In this document: in pieces, positions 1 through 14,418 of the stretch | Layout: each line of letters begins with the position of its first letter | How positions within the stretch are numbered: position 1 is the stretch's first letter | Assembly: GCA_963575745.1 (NCBI GenBank) | Contig: CAUYUJ010000059.1 | Location: forward strand, 186,001 to 250,000 | Source of the DNA: Prorocentrum cordatum | Lineage: Eukaryota | Reading direction: 5' to 3' | Length of the DNA stretch: 64,000 bases | Notes under the pieces: model-generated | Databases searched by the model: none | What the model was told of the DNA's origin: nothing | What the model saw: only the letters and a program-made list of their open reading frames with translations | Program-made: the position numbers and the translations under genes

Positions 1-249
1 GCCCCGCCAAGGCAACATCAGCCGTCGGCGCTGCGAGCGGTGGATGGGGTGAACTCGTTACGTTCCAGGTGCCCTCTGGTCTCTCTCTCTCTCTCTCTCC
101 CTGGGTCTCTCTCTGGCTCTCTACTATATACACATATGAAGCTACATTGCGGTGCATTGGCGCCCCCCGCTGGGGCTAAACCTCGCCCCCCTTCCTGGGC
201 ATGTGTCGCAGGGGAGACCTCACCACCTCTCTGAGCCCCTTCCACTCGA

Positions 250-1269
250 CGTCGCCGTCGTCGTCGTCGCCGTCGTTGCCGCCGTCGTCGCCGCCGTCGT
301 CGTCGTCGTCGGCGTCGTCGACGTCGTCGTCGTCGTCATCGCCGTCGTCACCGCCGACGTCGACGCTGACGCCGGCCCTCCCCCCCTGCCTTGGCATCGC
401 TCGGACGTGTGCATGTTTCCTTCCTCTTCTCCTCCTCCTTCTCCCTCTTCTCCTCCTCCTCCTCCTCCTCCTCCTCCTCCTCCTTCCTTCTCCTCCTCCT
501 CCTCCTCCTCCTCCTTCTCCTCCTCCTCCTCCTCCTCCTCCTCCTCCTCCTCCTCCTCCTCCTCCTCCTCCTCCCCCTCCTCCTCAAAACCGGAAAAAGC
601 TCAGGGAAGGGACGTCCGAGCGATGGCGGGCTGTTGCGCGCGGCCCGGCGGCAGGCCTCCTCGCGGCCGGCGCCGCCGCCGCGGGAGCCGCCGCCCCCGC
701 CGCGGCGGGGCCCCGCCTGTGGCCGGCCCCTCGGCCTCCGGCCGCTGCCAAAGAGAGGAGGAGTGAGGAGGAGAGGAGGAGGAGGAGGAGGGGAGGGGGA
801 GGAGGAGGAGGAGGAGGAGAGGACGACGAGGAGGAGAGGAAGGGAGGGAGGAGGAGGCGGAGGAGGAGGAGGCGGAGGAGGGAGGAGGAGGAGGAGGAGA
901 CGAGAGGAGGGAGGAGAGGGGAGAGGAGGAGGAGGCGGAGGCGAGGAGGAGGAGGAGGAGGAGGAGGAGGAGAGGAGGATGAGGCGGAGAGGAGGAGGAG
1001 GAGGAGAGGAGGAGGAGCAGGGTGATGTGGGAGGAGGAGGAGGAGGAGGAGGAGGAGGAGGAAGGAGAGGGAGATGGGGGAGGGGAGAGGGAGGAGGGAG
1101 GAGGAGGAGGAGGACAGGAAGGAGGAGGAGGAAGGAGGAGGAGGAAGGAGGAGGAAGGAGGGGAGGGAGGAGGAGGAGGAGGAGGGGGGGTGAGAGGGGA
1201 GGAGGAGGACGAGGAGGAGAGGAAGGAGAGGAGGAGGAGGAGGAGGAGGAGGAGGAGGAGGAGGAGGAG
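250..1269. repeat. Compound microsatellites (GTC)n, (CCT)n, (GAG)n
   Basis: Direct reading; they explain the homopolymeric ORFs here. Confidence 0.95.
605..757 (+). CDS. Possible 5' exon of the host 'HPGC/DFSPKGGP/FPDGNxW' gene (Ala-rich, targeting-peptide-like)
   Basis: GC-rich island between (CCT)n and (GAG)n tracts. Reads EGTSERWRAVARGPAAGLLAAGAAAAGAAAPAAAGPRLWPAPRPPAAAKE. It has a CAG|G acceptor at 604/605, and an AG|GA donor at 757/758 would join in phase to the exon at 4300. Boundaries are tentative. Confidence 0.3.
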
Positions 1270-1288
1270 TTGGGGAGGCCAGGCACCA

Positions 1289-1488
1289 GTCGGGCCGGAC
1301 GAAAGGGGGGGATTGGGAAAGGGGGGGTTGTACGAAATTTGCTGCGCGCAGCTGGTTTCGGCCTCACCGAGGGGCCCAGTCCTCGATACATAGCCGCCTC
1401 CGGCGCTGGGAGGCGCCGGGAAAATCAGCTACGTGAGCCGATTCTCAAACCCCCCCTTTGCTATTCCCCCCCTTTCGCCCGGCCCGAC
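1289..1488. mobile_element. 200-bp MITE-like foldback element with 23-bp TIRs
   Basis: GTCGGGCCGGACGAAAGGGGGGG at 1289 versus CCCCCCCTTTCGCCCGGCCCGAC ending at 1488 (22/23 inverted match). The GTCGGGC terminus is shared with the MITE family below. No clear TSD. Confidence 0.7.
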
Positions 1489-1510
1489 AGGGGCAACGCT
1501 GGGGCAACGC

Positions 1511-1660
1511 TCAAGTCGGGCACGTCCCTCCACAGGAGGAAGATCCAAAACGAGTCAAAAAAACTGTCGGGGGACGAGTTGTGTTGGGCATGTTTTGCCA
1601 TTTGGGGGTATGTTTTGACTATGTTTTATTTGTCGTCCAAAATCCCCCTGTAGGGGGATT
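1511..1660. mobile_element. GTCGGGC-family MITE copy, right end degenerate
   Basis: Starts TCAAGTCGGGC. The internal sequence (caggaggaagatccaaaa...catgttttg...tttgggggta...aatccccctgtag) aligns by eye with the copies at 15179 and 28070. Confidence 0.65.
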
Positions 1661-2543
1661 TGGGACGAAAAACGCTCGACCTCGAGGTTCGAAAAGAGTT
1701 CCGGACGTCTTCGGCGGTCCTCGGCGGTCTTTTGGCCTCGGGACGCGTTGCGGCGGCTGCGTCTCGCAGAGGGCGCTCCCGGGGGCGCCCGGACGCTCCC
1801 CGACGGCCGCCGGAGACCCGAGTCATGACCCGAAAACCAGAGGTCAGGGGGATCAGGGTCGGAATCGAAGATGAGAGACGACAAGGGGCAGCGTTGGGGG
1901 GGGGAACAGGCTCGGGGGGAGACGCAGCGACCCCGAATCGCCCACTCGTCGCCGGCAGGGGCCCGAGGAGCGGATTCGCCATCGGGGGCCGATCGCCAAT
2001 CTATCGGCGACGCATCGCCGGTCACAGTGTCGACGTTTCCCCAGTGGGCTGGGTCCCCCCCAGAGCGTTCCCCCAGGAGGCCAGGCAGCCGGCTCCTCCT
2101 GGGAGTCGAGGGTCGATGGAGACGAGGAAGCGTCGAGGATCGGGCAAGTTCGGACGCTCTGTTTCGTCTTCGTGCTCCACGAGGCCGCCTGCCTTGCTGC
2201 CTCATACGTCCGTGCGGACGATGAGGCGTCTGCTCTTGCCCGCCTGCCGTCGGCAGGCCCCTGACGCCACAGGTGTGATCGCTTGGCGGCCTGCGCAGAA
2301 ACGAAGGCCTGGGGGGCTCTGGGAGGGGCCAGGAGGCCGCACCCCCAGTGGCCTCGTGGTGATCCTCCTTGGCACTGACTGCCTGGACTCAGGAGGCGTG
2401 CCCTGGAGGCGGTGTCGACGACCACCGCGTCGGCGGCCTCGTTCCGAAGGTCTTCAGGCGCTTCTGGCTTCTGGAGGCTTTCGTCGCCACGGCTGGACGC
2501 AGCTCGAAAGACTTGCCAGGACGGACCCCTCCCGAGGACGAGG

Positions 2544-2545
<2 letters not shown>

Positions 2546-2606
<61 letters not shown>

Positions 2607-2690
2607 GTGGTGATGGTGATGATGCTGATGCTGATGCTGATGCTGATGCTGATGCTGATGATGATGATGATGATGAGTATGATGCTAATA

Positions 2691-2721
<31 letters not shown>

Positions 2722-2864
2722 GGATGACGCTAACGATGATGAGGATGACGATGACGATGACGATGAGGATGATGACGAGGATGATGATGCTGATGATGAT
2801 GACGATGATGATGACGATGATGATGATGATATTGATGGTGATGATGATGATGATGATAATGATA

Positions 2865-2938
<74 letters not shown>

Positions 2939-3068
2939 CAGGACGGGGATGATGATGATGATGCTGATGATGGTACTGATGATGGTGATGGTGATGAAGA
3001 AGATGAAGAAGATGCATAAGACGATCATGATGATGGTGATGATGGTGATGATGATCATGATGATCATG

Positions 3069-3134
<66 letters not shown>

Positions 3135-3175
3135 GTGATGGTGATGATGATGAGAAGGAGATGATTATGATGATG
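2546..3175. repeat. (GAT)n degenerate microsatellite
   Basis: Direct reading. Confidence 0.97.
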
Positions 3176-4299
3176 AGAAGGAGGAGAAGGAGGGGGCAAA
3201 GATGCTGTTTTTTTCCGCGTTTCCTTGGACCTCCGAGGGGGCCCTTGTCGCGACGGCTGGACTCGCCTCGAGACCATGGCCAGAACGCGCTCCAGGTCCA
3301 CTGCTCTGCTCGACAACTGCTTCCGCCCCATACTGGACAGGATTCGCTGCCGGTGTCTCCGCGGACATTGTCCATTCGAAGTACATGCCGCCAACCCCAC
3401 AGCGACTAGTAGATCGGTGTTGGACGAGGTCTGCTGCTGGGCATCGTCCCCATGGTTCCCTCCACCCTGGGCGTGACAGGGGAGGGCGAGGGAGGAGCCT
3501 GGATTTCACCGTCGAGAGACATCAGGGCGGCCTGTCCTGTCTACGCACGGCCTTGTTCCCCCCGAGAGCCCGCAACATTCACTGTCCGCAGCGCAAAAAA
3601 GAAGAGCACGACGGGTAGTTTTACTTCGTTATGGGCCCCAGGGTTCTCACAGATAGATCCAGTCCAAAGCATTGCGCACTGATAAGTTCAATGGCTCCAG
3701 TTGTTTGATTGTTTATGCTGTCGTCGTGATTTCCAACGGCGGGTGTCTGGGGATGGATGAGAGAGTTCGACGCCAGACTCCGATGTATTCATAAGGGAGG
3801 GGGCTCGGGGATACCTCCAGGAGGGTCCCCTCCGCTTTCAACCGGGGTTTTAGTGTTTCATGACTGCGTTGAGGTGGAAGAAGGGAAGGGAGGGGAAGGG
3901 AAAGGAAGGGCCCCCATCCACCCATCATCCTTCGCCCCCCCCTCCTTTTTTCTCCATCGTTCTCCTCCTACTCCTCCGTCCTCCTCCCTCCTGTTCCGCC
4001 TCATCCTTCTTTCTCTTGTTCGTCTTCCTCCCCATCCTCCTCTCCCCCCTGTGCCCATCCGCATCCTGTTCCCTCTCTCCCTTCCCTCGCAGACTATTGC
4101 AATACGTTGCCTTCATGAGAAGTGGAGGTTGAGAAAGTGAGACCGCGAGAGACAGAGGGAGACAACAAAATAACGATAGCACATCGCGCAGGGGGGGCGT
4201 CTGCGGTCATAGGTTGTCGCTTTCTGTCGACGTACCATCATACATGAAATCTTTCGCTGTGCACAAGTTGAGATGCGTGTTCCAATGTGATTTACTCAG

Positions 4300-4354
4300 G
4301 TCGGGCAAGTATATCGACGACAAGCACCCTGGATGCGAGCGCCAGATCTTGAAG
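4300..4354 (+). CDS. Host gene exon: SGKYIDDKHPGCERQILK
   Basis: CAG|G acceptor and AAG|GC donor. The Y-x-D-x-x-H-P-G-C-x-R motif joins in phase 0 to the exon at 25828. Confidence 0.75.
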
Positions 4355-4412
4355 GCGTGCCGTGTGCCTCATGCGTGCGTCCAGTGTGTTGTTCGTTTTG
4401 TTTCCTGTATGT

Positions 4413-4444
<32 letters not shown>

Positions 4445-4722
4445 TCCTTAATCTCGTCATGTGCTCTGGCCCCTACACATACGTACACAGAGGTACACAT
4501 GCGTGTGTGCTCGCATGCTTATTTGCATATATCGATATATCAGCCCGTGTGGACCCCACATTGTGTGTTTGGAGCAACCTATGTTGTGCAGTCTATATAC
4601 ATATATACATATATATATATATATGTTTACACATGTGCAGCATACTATGTGGTGCAGCATACGTGTTGCAACCTAGGTTGCGCAGTCTAAGTGGTGCAGT
4701 CTGTGCTCCGTAACAATTGTGG

Positions 4723-4744
4723 TCCGTAGCCATTTTGGCTCAAG
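4723..4744 (+). other. Genomic copy of the dinoflagellate spliced leader (DinoSL)
   Basis: TCCGTAGCCATTTTGGCTCAAG is an exact match to DCCGTAGCCATTTTGGCTCAAG. It is followed by CC rather than GT, so it is not an SL-RNA donor gene. Confidence 0.97.
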
Positions 4745-4999
4745 CCGTTTCCTGGGGTCTTCGCCTTCCCGAGGGTTGGGGTTCGAAGTAGTCCAGGGCG
4801 ACCCGCGCGATCCTCTTTCAATTGCCCTGCCAAAATATGGATATGTTTCCTTCTTCCCACACAGACGTTGGGTCCCCCGCTTTCTTCCGCAGTCATGGGC
4901 GATGCTCCCGAGTGGTTCAAGGCTTTCACGATGGGGTAGTTCACTGCGGCTTCCGAGCAAATTGCAGACACGAGCGTTGCGCTCACGGGACATATCAGA

Positions 5000-5722
5000 T
5001 TGCTCTACGGTAAGATCTCGGCGTTCAACATCAATGTCCAAGAGTTGGAGGCCAGACAGCGCGCCACGAAGGATGCATTGAAAGCATCTACATCGTCATC
5101 TATTTCGATTGGGTATGGGGTCGAACGCCCAACAGTCGCGGGCAGAATGGTTTTCGGATTAAGCTGCGCTGACCCGTGCCGTCTGTGGGTGAGCGGTTAC
5201 CCACGCGTTGTGGTTGACAGCGCCCGGCAAACTACTTGGGATCCATTTCGAAGGCAGGTTAAATTTCATTTTTACGTGGATATCCATGCACAACTGGCCA
5301 AGGCCAGCCAGAGTTGTTCGATCCTCTGCGTGACAGAAACCATCACCACGGATTCCAAGCTTTGGTTCATTGCCCACGGCATCCAATGGACATGCGCCCG
5401 TGACCAATCTAAGCATCATCTCCGCGTGCGTACATCTCTTCACGAATACGCTCGGCATCGCCAACGCTTCATGCCCCACACGTGGACACCTGTCGCGCAG
5501 CATCTCCAGAAAAGCCACAAGAACCGGCCCGACTTCAAGACCGGCGCGAGCGGTTTCCGCAATGAGCTTTCCATCCGCACCCCGAAGGGCTTGTTCATCT
5601 TGGCCAAAGGTGACGCGGACGGCTTGGGCAGAATCGCCCTCAAGCCTAATGAAGGAGACTGCATTTTCAGGGGCATCAGCGTCGACAGAATGAAGAGGTG
5701 GATCACGATTTGCCATGCGTGA
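5000..5722 (+). CDS. LINE ORF1-like protein (coiled-coil followed by an RRM-like segment); possibly a pseudogene
   Basis: 240-aa intronless, non-repetitive ORF (VQELEARQRATKDALK...RLWVSGYPR) lying between the SL and the endonuclease relic. Confidence 0.55.
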   Translation: MLYGKISAFNINVQELEARQRATKDALKASTSSSISIGYGVERPTVAGRMVFGLSCADPCRLWVSGYPRVVVDSARQTTWDPFRRQVKFHFYVDIHAQLAKASQSCSILCVTETITTDSKLWFIAHGIQWTCARDQSKHHLRVRTSLHEYARHRQRFMPHTWTPVAQHLQKSHKNRPDFKTGASGFRNELSIRTPKGLFILAKGDADGLGRIALKPNEGDCIFRGISVDRMKRWITICHA

Positions 5723-8700
5723 CGGGGCACAGTGCAAGCTACTTCGGCGCATCGTCTCTCGGGGTCCGAGCCAGACGCTCAACGTGCTACCATTATCGCG
5801 CTTCTTCCGGTTATTCATTATTTGCGTCATTCTCGTCAACGGATTATGATTGCGAGCTGGTTGTCACGCCGGCATATTTGCTGCCGGCGGCCCCTTCTCT
5901 GCCCCTGCCGCTGCCTGTCTGGCTTGGCGGCCGCCGCGCAGTGCGCTGGCATGGTGTTCCCCTCGTCTCTCAGCTCGCCGTCGTCGCCTGGAACGCCCGC
6001 GGGGCTCGGTGGCAGGTGAATGCGTCTGCTCGTTTTCGGAAGTCCATGGGATTTGGTCGGAAGCACCAGGTTCCTTCGCGCGAGGGCCCCATGGGCGGCG
6101 GCCGATCTCACGCCCCTTCACAACGAGCTTCGCGATTCAGATGTCGGAGGCACGACGTTTTCTGACATTGCGGCGGCCTCGCCACGCTCATCTCAGCTGA
6201 TCTCGCCCGCGCCCCCCGCGCCATCGCGCGCCGGATTATCCAGGAAGGTCGCGCGTCACTCAGCGCTTTGCAGGGGGGGGGGGGGGGGGGGGGCGGGGGC
6301 CTTGCCGCCGCGCGCGTCCGGGCGCCTAACGCGAGCGAGCCGCCGGGCGCGCACTCCAACTCTCCAATGAGTGATTGGGGGCGCCCCCACCTGCACAGCA
6401 GCGCCATTCTATCACATGGGGGGACTGGAGCTTCACTTTGGAGGCGGAGAGAGGGATGTTTCCCGACGGAAGTGGGCGGTCGCACGGCGACGCGCGCTTC
6501 GATGACCCCCCAATCAGAAGCGCCCAGAATGGCGAGAGTTTTCTCTTGGCGGGCGGATGGTATTCGCTGCGGGATCCGAGACGGGCAACGTCGCAAACGC
6601 GCCCCGACTGGTTCGCATGGATTCTGCCACCCCTGCCGCCTTCGCTGCCGAACGCACGATTCGCGCCTCGGCGATCGGCGAGCTGCGCCGGGTCAGGACG
6701 TCGGGCCACGCCCCCCTACTCGTCGCGACCGACTCGCTTCGCCCCCGCGCTGGAGACGGCGTTCTCGCGCCCATTGGCCGAGCAAACGTTGAGGCCCATC
6801 AGCGGTTGCACGAGAGTGAAACCACTGCCCAAAAAGATCCCCGTGATTCCCTGGGCGCCCCTTCCGCCCTGCAGGCGACCTGGAAAAATGCGCGCGAAGT
6901 CGCAGAGCGCGCTCGATGCCACCTCGCCAATCAGGATGCTACTGCATGCGATGTTCAGCATCATTGGTGCACGCATTTGCTCCGCAGCCCGCGCGGCGGC
7001 CGCGATCGCGCGGCCGGCGAGGCGTTGGCGCGCCCCCCCCCCGCCCTGCAGCAGTTTTTGATCCGGGCGCGATGGCGCGCCGCAACCGCGCGAGCCTGCG
7101 CGCCCTGATGCAGGAGCTCTACCTCAAGCTAGCAGCGGAGGAGGAAGAGGAGATCGAAGGGGATGGCAGCTTGAATGACAGCGCGAGAAAAGGGCCCCGG
7201 CGAAGCTGGGGAGGGGACAGGGAGCGCTTGCTGAAATTTCGGTAGAGGACCCACATAACTGCTGTGCTGGGCCCGATTGGTCTTCCGCGCGCGTCGCAAG
7301 TCGGGCCCCCCAGCAAGAACTCCCACGGCGCGACAGGGCCGCCATTCTGTCGACGGGTTTCGCTGCCGCGCCACCGTCGCTCTTCCGCGCCTGGATGTTC
7401 CAGGTTCTGGCTGCCATGCTGATTCCATCGCCATCATTAACTTTCAGGACGCTTTATAGCAGCAGTAGCGGCGCGGTCGGCCCCCCGTGAAGGCGGTCTG
7501 GGAGATTTGGCTACCCGCAGGGAAGGGGGTTCGCAATCGCCGCGCGTGCGACCTCTCGCCGTGCTCGCGCGGGCGCGGGTTTTTCTCGGCGCGCAGCTGA
7601 ACGTCTGTCAATGCCCAGCCGCCGCGCGGCGGCAACTGTCGACGCTCGGGCGCCGCGCCGGCCCGGCCCTCAACTTTCGCAGGAGCTCGCTGCTAGCAGG
7701 GGGTGGGGGGGGGAAGGCACGTGGATTATTTGGCGAGAGATGATGGAGGTGGAGATGGCGGGGGCCTGCTCTGCTTGAAACTACGCCGGGCAGTTTTATT
7801 GACCCCGGGGCACTGGCGCGGCTTCGATAACCCCGCTGGAGGAGTTGGTCGCTCGCCGCTGCGCGCTGCGCCACCATGCCTCGGGGCGCGATCCGACAGA
7901 TCCCGCGCACGTGATCGCGCGCTTGTTGGCGCTGCATGTCGCTATGGAAATCGCGCCCCTGAATGGCCATGCGAATAAAGTTGACAAGCGCACGCTGCAG
8001 CGCCTGACCTGCGGGCCGCATCGCGCAGGCTCGCGCGGCGCCCCCATATATCTGAAGAAGTTCGACTCCCCGACTGCATCGCCTGACGCCGCCGCCCCGC
8101 CCATTGCCTGCCACGCCCGCCCCTCGCTTGAGCCCCCTTGCATCCGCGAGCGCTGGGGTGAGCTCAATCTCGCGACGAGTGCCGATGCGCCGCGTCATGC
8201 TCCGGCGTCGGAGTCTAGGAGTCGGCGCTGGCGCTTCTCCCGGCCAGATGTTCCAGTCCGCTCCGCACTTTCGCGGAATGCGTCGGCTCACGGAGCTGAT
8301 GCCTGGGGCGTCTCAACGGGCGCTGCGCCGGCAGCTGCGCGCCCCCCCCATCCTGGCCCCACTGTAATTGAAGGCGTGCAATGTCGTTTGGTGAAGTGGT
8401 TTCCTCAAGTTGACTGTTGTGATCTCTCTCGCCTTGTCTTCCAGAAACTTCAAAATGCCGCAGCTGCGTCTCCTTGCCCAGCAATCGGGGCCCCGTGCAT
8501 GCGCGCGCGGCCTCTGCGCAAGCGCCCGCTGCCATTCCCATCCTGTCGGCTGCCCCGTGGCGCGCGCTCGCTCGGAATATGGTTATGATGTTTCCCGGGG
8601 CAGCGAAGATCTTCGTCGCTGCAGATCCTGCCCTCGCTTCCGCGGCACATGCGCCCGATGGGCGGGCTTGTCGCATCCGATTGCTCCCGCGATGATCCCG

Positions 8701-9224
8701 CGGACTGCCCCCGCGATCCAAGTCTACCCTTTCCTTTCAGAGATTTCGCTGCCGCGCGCGCAGGCGCGAGTCGCTCCTGCGCGCCCGCCACCGTTCCCGC
8801 CGGGGCGGCCCGGGCATTCCACCGCCAAGTGTAGAGGCGAGGCTGCGCCCCCTCACAAGACGCCACCCCGTTAGCGCAACGGCGCGGGAGCTTGTCAGAG
8901 CAGGGCCCAGATAGCTTCTGCCCGCCTAGATCGCAGATCGCGAGCTCCGCGACAGCGGGGCGGGCCTGGCCGAGGGGCAACTCAAGACCAGCTTTTCCCC
9001 GTGAGTTCGCGCCGCGGACAGGCCATTTGAGACCGGGCTGGCTTTTGGGCGCCACCTCCGCGTTGGGGGGGGCGCGCGGTGCAATCTCCGACGCGCAGTC
9101 TATGTCGCGCAGCCTCTGCTGCGCAATCTACGCGGCGCAATCCGCGTTGGACGATCTGCGCGGAACAGCCCATGTTGTGCATTATGTAGAGCAATTGATG
9201 TGCAATCTACCTGGTGCAATCAAT

Positions 9225-10420
9225 CACTTGCTCTACTCGAAGCTGTCCTCTCCACTGCTCGCGCAGACATCCCGCCCTCCCACCCGCAACTTGGTCGCAA
9301 GACCTCTTAAGACAGACGGTGGGTACCAGATGGCACCCAGCAGCGACATCGACGCCGACGACGACAGCGACAACGGCGACGACGCCGCCGACAACGACTA
9401 CGACGACACCGACGACGCCTCAACCGACTTCGACGACGACGACAACGCCAACGACGACGACGACGACGACGCTGACGACGACTACGATGACGACGACAAC
9501 GCCGACGGCGACGACGACGCCGCCGCCGACGACGACGGCGACGCCGTCGACGACGACGACGACGGCGGCGACGACGAAGACGACGACGACGTCGCCAACG
9601 AAGACGACGACGACGACGAGGGAGGGAGAGGACGACGACGGCGACGACGACAACGACGAGGGAGGAGGGAAGACGACGACGACGACGACGACGACGACGG
9701 CGACGAAATAGGAGGGACAACGACGAAACGCCGACGAAGACGACGAGGGAGGAAGGACGACCACGGCGACAACGACGACGGAAACGACGACGACGCCAAG
9801 ACGACGACGACGAAAAAAGACAGAGGACGAGGACGGCGACGACGACGACAACGACGACGAGGGAGGAGGGAGAACGGCGACGACGACGACGACGCAAGAG
9901 CGCGCGCGCACGCTTTTGTTGAAAATCCGCGTTGCGAAACCTTGTGTTTTTGTATGTTTTGTTGGGCACGGTTTTGGCAAACCTGCCGAGACCTAAGGTT
10001 GTTGCAGGATTCCGGCATGCGCGCGACGACGCGCGCGTCTGCACCCCGCTTCAACTTTCGCAAAGGATTCTCGCGACGGCACGCGCGCAAGGGCGTTCGA
10101 AAGATTTCGACGCACGCGCGCGCGAAGCCCGTTTGGTAGTACTCTTTGAAACAATTGAAACACCTATGGTTTTCTTACTGAGGTTTCGCAAGAGCACGCG
10201 CGTAAGTTTTTTTTAGGAAAGCAGCGTTACGAAACCATGTGTTTTTGTATGTTTCTAAGGGGACACTCGACTTTGAAACCCTTCCGAAACCGAAGGTTCT
10301 TGAAGGATTCCGGCATGCGCGCGCGACGACGCGCGCGCACACTTCGTCCCATTGTTTTGCAAAGGATTCTTGGAAATTCATGATTTTTGATAAACGAGAA
10401 CGCGCGCATGGTATTTCTGT
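9225..10420 (+). repeat. Dispersed repeat with internal (GAC)n, copy 1
   Basis: gaagctgtcctctccactgctcg...ggtaccagatggcac-(GAC)n-gcaagagcgcgcgcgcacgcttttgttgaaaatcc... is co-linear with 23755-24790. Confidence 0.85.
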
Positions 10421-11269
10421 TGCAGAGGATGGCGGGGGGGAGTGATACCTGTTTGGCTGGGATTGTACGAATTCATATATAGATGGACGAGTGCGTAGAA
10501 TCCATATGAAATCACAATACCCCAGAGGGGGATTGTTAACCCCAGGGGGGTAGAGTTTATTTTCTTATGAGAATTTGGTTTTACCAGCGAGTAGACAAAT
10601 TCCATTCTTGAAAACACCCCACCCACCCACCCGCAACTTGGTTTACAAACCCATGCGGCTGCGATGGCGATGAGTGCTTGGCGTTGGCTGGCGCAGCTCT
10701 GCGTCCGCGCGAGCCCGCGCATGCTCGCGCGCGCAGCGGCCAACTAGTTGGGCGCGACCGACGCCGCCGCGGCGGCGCTCGCCGCCGGGCTCTTCCCAGC
10801 GGGCACTTCGGTGCGAGTGGGCGACATGGGCGGGCGCGGCACCACGGCGACGCCGACAACGGCAGACACAAATATGAGGGCAGCGACGACGGTGACGATG
10901 GTGGCGATGACGACGGCAGGGCCAATTGCGGCGCCGACGTTGGTCGCGCCCGCCGATAACGATGACGATGCTCTCGCGTCGGCGATGAAGGCTTCTTAAG
11001 GACTTCGGCGCTCGCGCGCAGCCGGTCGCGCGCGGCTCGCGCGGAATAGTTTGACGCGGATCGCGCCCCGAGACTAAGGTTTTTTACAACCAGAGCGACA
11101 ACTTCCAACCACAGAACGGTTTTTCACAACGGGAAAAATACTCCGTCGATGCTTCCTTCCAACCAGAAGGGCTTTTTTTACATTTCGATCCGGCATTTTT
11201 GTAACCATATGGTTTTCTTTTGCCACCAGAACAACATTTCACAACCGCGTTTCTGAAAAAGGCCCGTGG

Positions 11270-11520
11270 GCTTCTGAGAGACCTCTGGGAAGCCTCTGAT
11301 AGGCTTCTGAGAGGCTTCTGCGAGGCCTCTGAGACGCTTACGCGAGGCCTCTGAGAGGCTTCTGAAAGGCTTCTGAGAGGCCCCTGGAGGCCCCTGGGAG
11401 GCTTCTGAGGGGTTTCTGAGAGGCTTCTGATAGGCTTCTGAGAGGCTTCTGAGAGGCTTATGGGAGGCCCCTGGGGGGCTTCTGAGAGGCCCCTGGGATG
11501 CCTCTGGGAGGCGTCTGAGA
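11270..11520. repeat. 11-bp minisatellite (GAGGCTTCTGA)n
   Basis: Direct reading. Confidence 0.9.
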
Positions 11521-11562
11521 GAGCAATATTGATGTACGCGCACACACTTATATTATATATAA

Positions 11563-11955
11563 CATACATACATACATACATACATACATACATACATACA
11601 TACATACATACATACATACACACACATACATACATACATACATACATACATACATACATACATACATACATACATACATACATACATACATACATACACA
11701 CATACATACATGCATACATACATACATACATACATACAGACATACAGACACACACACATACATACACACATACATACACACATACATACATACATACATG
11801 CATGCATGCATGCATACATACATACATACATACATACATACATAGCTACATACATACACCCACCCATCCATCCATACATATCTACATATGATTTATATAT
11901 ATGTTATATATAATATATGTGTATATACATATATATATATATATATACATATATA
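11563..11955. repeat. (TACA)n and (TA)n microsatellites
   Basis: Direct reading. Confidence 0.97.
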
Positions 11956-12855
11956 TGTGGGTCAGTGTGTGTTGTTTGCGTGTGTGCCATGTCTGTGTTG
12001 TAGTGACACATAGATGTATGTCCATATGGTCCCTGTTATCGTAGGATTTTCACAAGCAGTCGGAAAGCCGTAGAGATGGGCAGGACGTCTTCTCCTGCTG
12101 TTTCTTGGCGCACCCGAGCGCAGCAGGACTTGGACCATGAGGCTTCTGCCGAAAAGCCTGAGGCCTGGTGCTTCGGTTGGATAAGACCTTCCTTGCTGGT
12201 GTGCGGGGGCGTGCCTGGGTGTCCTGCGAGTGTCGCGGATGAGGAAGAGCTTGCCGGAGCGCGGAGCGAGGACATGCTTGGCACCGCGCAGGGGCGGTCG
12301 CCATGATGCAGCTCGCCAGCGGAGCAGCAGTCTGGTGGTTGCGCCCTGTCCTTCCGTTTTTTCCTCCTCCTCCTCCTCCTCCTCCCTTCTCCTCCTCCTC
12401 CCCCTTCCTCCTCCTCCTCATCTCCTCTCCTCCTCCTCCTCCTCCCTCCTCCTACCTCCTCCTCCTCCTCCTCCTCCTCCTCCTCCTCCTCCTCCCTTCT
12501 CCTCCTCTTCCTCCCTCCTCCCGACGAGCGTGAAGAGGAATCGCCAGCTCGCGCACGGCCTGCAGGCTTCAGCGGATGCGGCTGCGAACAGGAGTGGCCC
12601 TTCGCCGAAATGATTTCGAGGGCCCACAGGCGTCCCCACGCAGTGCTGGCCTGCGCTCCTGGGAATTAGCCCCCCCCCGCGGCGCCCCCAGAGCCCCGCA
12701 CCAATGGCCATTCCTGCCCAGCTAGGGCCTTTCTTGCGCGAAGCCGGCGCTGGATGCCGGCCCCCTCTCACGCTACGCGCCCCCGCCCCGCCCAGGAGGA
12801 GGAGGAGCAGGAGGAGGAGGAGGAGCATGGCCACAGGATTTCCTCGACCGCCAAT

Positions 12856-14418
<1,563 letters not shown>

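Larger units (their letters stand above)
4723..9075 (+). mobile_element. Degenerate full-length non-LTR (LINE) retrotransposon headed by DinoSL
   Basis: An ORF1-like frame (5000-5722) is followed by frameshifted ORF2 relics in the expected order: VVAWNARG (~5980, APE endonuclease start), TWGDWSF (~6415), VLGPIGL (~7265, cf. APGPDG), RPLAVL (~7550), SLGIWL (~8575, cf. YLG). It interrupts a tgtggtgca/gcagtcta-type repeat that resumes near 9078. The 3' end is approximate. Confidence 0.7.

Noticed and set aside
152..3400. Long ORFs of poly-S/P/E/R/I/M/D (also at 9214-10139, 12704-13464, 28007-30167, 32522-34054, 40164-41209, 62704-63556)
   Set aside because: These are translations of trinucleotide microsatellites that lack stops in several frames; no coding evidence.
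4723..4800. SL RNA gene
   Set aside because: The SL is followed by CC, not the GT donor, and leads into a LINE-like body, so it is a relic or element 5' end.
12566..12591. Candidate middle exon of the host gene (ASADAAANR)
   Set aside because: The phases fit, but 25828-25910 fits the phases and the expected domain length and content much better.
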